A stretch of 25,175 nucleotides of DNA from Piedraia hortae CBS 480.64. Taxonomy: Eukaryota. Below the pieces are notes generated by a model that worked only from the letters and a program-made list of their open reading frames with translations, had not been told where the DNA came from and ran no database searches. A program made the position numbers and the translations under genes. Below, one piece after another: positions 21,080 to 25,175 of the stretch (within the stretch, counting starts at the first letter, position 1; the number at the start of each line of letters is the position of its first letter). The DNA is taken from positions 117,809-142,983 of the forward strand of contig MU005999.1 in NCBI GenBank assembly GCA_010093745.1, read 5' to 3'.

Positions 21080-22627
21080 ATGGCCGCCCACCGCATGCGT
21101 TCGCGCTCGGGCTCCCGAGACGAAGAAGATTCCCTGCTGAGCGGCCCTGTTCGCCGTGATAGGCGGCAGCGTTGGCGCGAGCTCAGCCTGCTAGCCTGGG
21201 CAGTGGCGGCCACTGTCATTGTCGTGATCCTCTCCGTTCTCAATTGCCAAGGCCATGGTCACGGAGCGGACGGGAGAAAGCGCGAGTTCAGTGGTAAACG
21301 GAATCTCGTGTTCATGGTTAGCGATGGCATGGGCCCCACCAGCGTGGCGCTCTCCCGCAGCTGGCGGCAGTACCGAGATGGCCTTGCCGTGGACGATGTG
21401 CTCGAGCTTGATAAGCTGTTGATAGGTCAAAGCCGCACGCGCAGCAACAGTTCCCTGGTCACCGACTCCGCGGCCGGGGCAACGGCCTTTAGCTGTGGGG
21501 AAAAGAGCTACAATGGTGCCATTTCCGTGCTCCCTGATGGACGTCCTTGTGGCAGCGTCATGGAGGCTGCCAAGCGGGTCGGCTACGCTACTGGCCTGGT
21601 AGTGACGACGTGGATCACGGATGCCACCCCTGCCGTGTTTGCTTCTCATGTCCGCACCCGCGAGATGCAGCCGGAGATTGCACTGCAAATGGTAGGCGCA
21701 ACCCATCCTTTAGGCCGGGTTGTCGACCTCATTCTTGGCGGCGGCCGCTGCTTTTTCGAGCCAAACGGGACAAGTGGAAGCTGTCGACCAGACGACACAG
21801 ACGTCATTGCAGCTGCCAGAAAGCTCGGTTGGACATATGCGGACCGCTTTGAGGCAGTGTCGTCAAAGTTACCGTCCATAGGGCTTTTCGAGGATGGCGA
21901 ATTTCCGTATGAGATTGACCGGCCTGATGATAAGCCCAGTCTTGCACAAATGACAAAGAGGGCGCTGGAAATCCTAGCTAAAGCGACGGAAAAATCCGAT
22001 CATGGCTTCTTCATCATGATAGAAGGCTCCCGCATCGATCATGCTGGTCATGCCAACGACCCAGCAGCACAAGTGCGTGAGGTTGAAGCGTACGACCAAG
22101 CCATGTCTGCGGTGGTGGATTTTGCCAAAAAGTCCAAGACACCGACGCTGATGGTAGCCACATCAGACCACGAGACTGGTGGCTTAGCAGCGGGAAGGCA
22201 GCTTACGGCCGCGTATCCCGAGTACCATTGGCTGCCCGAGGCCCTCAACAAAGCCAAGCAGTCTGCCTATAAAACGGCGAATCAAATTAGAGGACATGAG
22301 GACGATCTGGAGTACGTAAGGAAAGTCGTTTCGAATCGGCTGGGCATTACCGATGCCAACTCAACAGAGCTGCAGACTGTTGCCAAGGGTGGACAGATTG
22401 CATTGGCTGATCTCATCTCGAGACGTGCTCAGACAGGCTGGACTACCCATGGTCATACTGGAGCAGATGTCAATATATACTCGTCAGATCTCGAGCTGGC
22501 TGCAGATCTGGCGGGCAACCATGAAAACACTGACGTGGGTAGGTTTCTGCGCAAGTTTCTTGGTGTGGATCGTGAAGTCGAGAAGGTCACGGCCGAGTTG
22601 AGAGAGAAGATGAAGAAGTACCTGTAG
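21080..22627 (+). CDS. PHO8: Vacuolar repressible alkaline phosphatase (type II membrane protein)
   Basis: NLVFMVSDGMG, active site TDSAAGAT, TDATPA, EGSRIDHAGH, TSDHETGG, THGHTG; one N-terminal TM segment; first in-frame ATG at 21080. Confidence 0.95.
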   Translation: MAAHRMRSRSGSRDEEDSLLSGPVRRDRRQRWRELSLLAWAVAATVIVVILSVLNCQGHGHGADGRKREFSGKRNLVFMVSDGMGPTSVALSRSWRQYRDGLAVDDVLELDKLLIGQSRTRSNSSLVTDSAAGATAFSCGEKSYNGAISVLPDGRPCGSVMEAAKRVGYATGLVVTTWITDATPAVFASHVRTREMQPEIALQMVGATHPLGRVVDLILGGGRCFFEPNGTSGSCRPDDTDVIAAARKLGWTYADRFEAVSSKLPSIGLFEDGEFPYEIDRPDDKPSLAQMTKRALEILAKATEKSDHGFFIMIEGSRIDHAGHANDPAAQVREVEAYDQAMSAVVDFAKKSKTPTLMVATSDHETGGLAAGRQLTAAYPEYHWLPEALNKAKQSAYKTANQIRGHEDDLEYVRKVVSNRLGITDANSTELQTVAKGGQIALADLISRRAQTGWTTHGHTGADVNIYSSDLELAADLAGNHENTDVGRFLRKFLGVDREVEKVTAELREKMKKYL

Positions 22628-22924
22628 AGAATTACTAGCTAAACAACTGGTTGTTCAGCCAGCGGATCTCTGGACAGTCGGGGATAGTGTTTAACTAGAG
22701 GGTAGTCTGAAGGTCGGACGAAGCCCAGCAGCAAGCAAGCCTATGATTGGTATCTCTACTGCCCTCTCCTCCCATTGTGAGCTACGATTGCACAATGAAT
22801 TGACCATGTCGTACTTCATAACTGTCGTAACGCTTTTTAGGGCATTAGCTATGTACCGCCTTGCAGACACGCCGAATTCGGTCGTCATTCCCGTAAACGG
22901 ACACCCCCGGCCTTATGCACAGGC

Positions 22925-23760
22925 TCAGTACTTCCGCTTTTCCTGCGACCGGTCCCGGAACTGGTTCTCCGCAGCATTGGCTCCGAGGCCACCCAGCACA
23001 GCTCCGACAAGCATATCGCGGTTCACCTTGTCCTTTGACTTCTTGCCGCTGCCAAGCTCGCGAGCGGCGAGTCCACCGACCACAGCTCCAGCAATCGAGG
23101 CGCCGAGGCCCTGCAGGGATGTGTCGAACGTGTCGTCGATGCGATCCTTGATGTCGTTTCCAACCCCGCGGTCCTTGGAGCGCGAGTCGCGGCGACGCGA
23201 ACGGTCCCTGGAGCGCTTGCTGCTGCGGCGCCTGTCGCGCGAGCGCGAGTAGGAGCGCGAATACGGCTCTACGTCATAGCCTCCACGGTCTTGAGAGTAG
23301 CTGCCACGACGGCTATCGCGGCCGGACTGAAGCTTGTTAGTAAAACTCAGGAGATGACAGGCTGACTTACGCGTCGATCGTCATAGTCACGCTCGTCATA
23401 GTAGTAGTCGCGCGAACGTCCGTAGCCGCTGTCACGTCCATAATCCTCGTCGCGCGCGTAATCCACATCGCGAGGATAGTCGCCATCGCGGTAGCCACGT
23501 CCGGAAGAGCGGTAGCGGCCGCCGTCGCGCTCGTCGTAGTCGCTGTCATCGTCGTAGCGACGCGTGACGTCGCGCGAGCCGTCCATGCTGTACGCGGACT
23601 TCTCGGGGGGAGGCAAGGAATTGCGGTGACGACGCTCGCCTTTCTTGTTCTTGGACTTGCTGCCCTGCGCAGTATCACGAACGTAGTCCCAGCCGCTATC
23701 CCAGTACCTTTCGCAAAGATGGTTAATGCCAGTGGCACCGAGCTCGATGAAGTCAGCCAT
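22925..23760 (-). CDS. Arg/Asp/Ser/Tyr-rich protein with a C-terminal glycine-zipper 2TM-like domain, ~263 aa; exons 23760-23371, 23326-22925
   Basis: Intron 23370-23327 (GTAAGT..ACTAAC..CAG, 44 nt, phase 0); exon 2 is open to TGA at 22925; GLGASIAGAVVGGLAA..LVGAVLGGLGANAAE. Confidence 0.85.
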
Positions 23761-24773
23761 TACGTCAGCCAGACGTCAGCCCGGTGGTTTTGAGTTTAGC
23801 TGTGTCGAATGGAACGGGAAGAAAGAGGTCTGACGCGGCGCGCGGGACAAGCCAACTTTTTCTAAATGCACCCACCCCACGTCATTTGCGTCCTTGGGCA
23901 TCAGCGACACATGAAACACCTCACCAACGTCGTGATCTTCCCCACCCATGTGTTTGTGCTTTTTGGCTGCATCAGGGACCTTTGGTCTTGCATAAATATC
24001 CCAACGAGAGCTTCGAGAAGCCCCGTCCTTGCCTGTCAGTGCCCGAGGTTAGGTTGTCGCAGTGAGTCGGTTCCCTCGCCTTCTGTGCCCGAGTGATCGG
24101 GTCCTCTTCTTGTCCCCGAAGACGGATCATTGTGCTTCTGGCCCGTAAGGACTACAATCATAGTCGGACCGTTTTGCGGCGGCTCCATCGGGAACTAGAA
24201 ATCTGGCCATGCATTCAACGATATTTCCCTTTTCATGACACCCAAATCGTGGCAAACGTGTGCTGTCCTTGGAGAGTCTCTAACGGAGACTTGTCCACTG
24301 TAGGATTGCAGGAGACAAGGGTGATGGGGGCGGAAAGTTGAATTGGCCGATATTCTCAAGCCCGTCCATAGGACCACGTACTAGAACCTTAACGGCCATT
24401 CTTATCACGTGGTGTGCAAAAGTCGACTGGAAACCTGCAGAACTGATTCGGTTGCTAAAGTTACAAAAGCAAGTAAAACTCGGGTGAACGAAAATAATAT
24501 CAGACTCTGGGAAGGAGGTAAAAGTGTAGGCAGGCCGGTTTTCTGGTGTGACAAGATGCGCTGCCTAGCAAATAATGCAAAAACGCAGTGAAATGCCAAG
24601 AAGCGCTGCTGGGCACATCATGCCCATGAGCTCTTGCTTCACGCCGAATCTACTTATAATTGGTAATCTACACCAAGTTCTTATCAACGTCCATGATCTA
24701 CAGCGTCAATTTAGGGTCGAAGCCACAATATCACTTCTTTGTGAACTAATTCGTGCAAGGAAGCAGAGAGTTT

Positions 24774-25175
24774 TGTTGTGCGTATAGCCTGTATAAAGGT
24801 TGTACAAGCTTCAACCTCACCTCGAAGTTGCCACCCACAACAAACCACAGCAAAAGGTGCAATGGATCGCCTGCTCTAAGCTCCAAAACGGTCGCCAAAA
24901 TCACAAGCCTACTAGCTTAGTACTCGTCTGTCTCAAGACAGACCGTAGCTTCATTCCTCGTCATGGTGGGAGAGCCCCAGGGATGTAAGGGGAATTATTA
25001 TAATTGTGAGCAGATGTGTACCTGCATACAAATCTCTACGGAAAACTAGTTGACGCGTGAAGTCGAGAGCCGAGCGACGGTTACTAATAATGCGCGTAAT
25101 ATACCGCATATTCACAACACTCCCCCTTGCTGATTCGATTCAGCACTCCACGGTGCGCGGTTTCGATCAAAAGAT
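24774..25175 (-). mobile_element. 3' LTR (24774-25119, 346 bp) plus PPT of an LTR retrotransposon, probably Ty1/copia, continuing beyond the window
   Basis: The minus strand reads AAGGGGGAG|TGTTG (PPT 25128-25120 abutting the LTR start); terminal inverted repeats TGTTGTG (24774-80) ... CACAACA (25113-19). Confidence 0.8.

Noticed and set aside
17827..23252. Antisense and alternate-frame ORFs over hmt1, PHO8 and the glycine-zipper gene
   Set aside because: Shadow ORFs of GC-rich coding sequence

Overview
Eukaryotic DNA from a filamentous ascomycete (Pezizomycotina-type 44-67 nt GT-AG introns with CTRAY-like branch sites). There are three zones. (1) About 1-16.5 kb is an accessory, decaying block. 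It holds a 3-exon NACHT-WD40 NLR (HET-E/NWD-like) with an unusual Pro/Gln/Ser repeat N-terminus and a 1-nt frameshift in the WD40 region, and a Na+/H+ antiporter copy with a premature stop lying tail-to-tail with the orphan 3' end of a WLM (Wss1/Wss2-like) protease gene. It also holds a hAT transposase C-terminal relic and a stop-riddled pseudogene resembling the non-helicase (tyrosine-recombinase-like) part of fungal telomere-linked RecQ helicase/DUF3505-associated proteins, which sits at the block edge and points inward. (2) About 17-23.8 kb is a compact core block: RPS21, an HMT1-type half ABC transporter, a PHO8-type alkaline phosphatase and an RS/RD-rich glycine-zipper protein. (3) From 24.77 kb to the end lie the 3' LTR and polypurine tract of a minus-strand, probably Ty1/copia, retrotransposon. 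All family calls come from motif recognition by eye; no database search was run.
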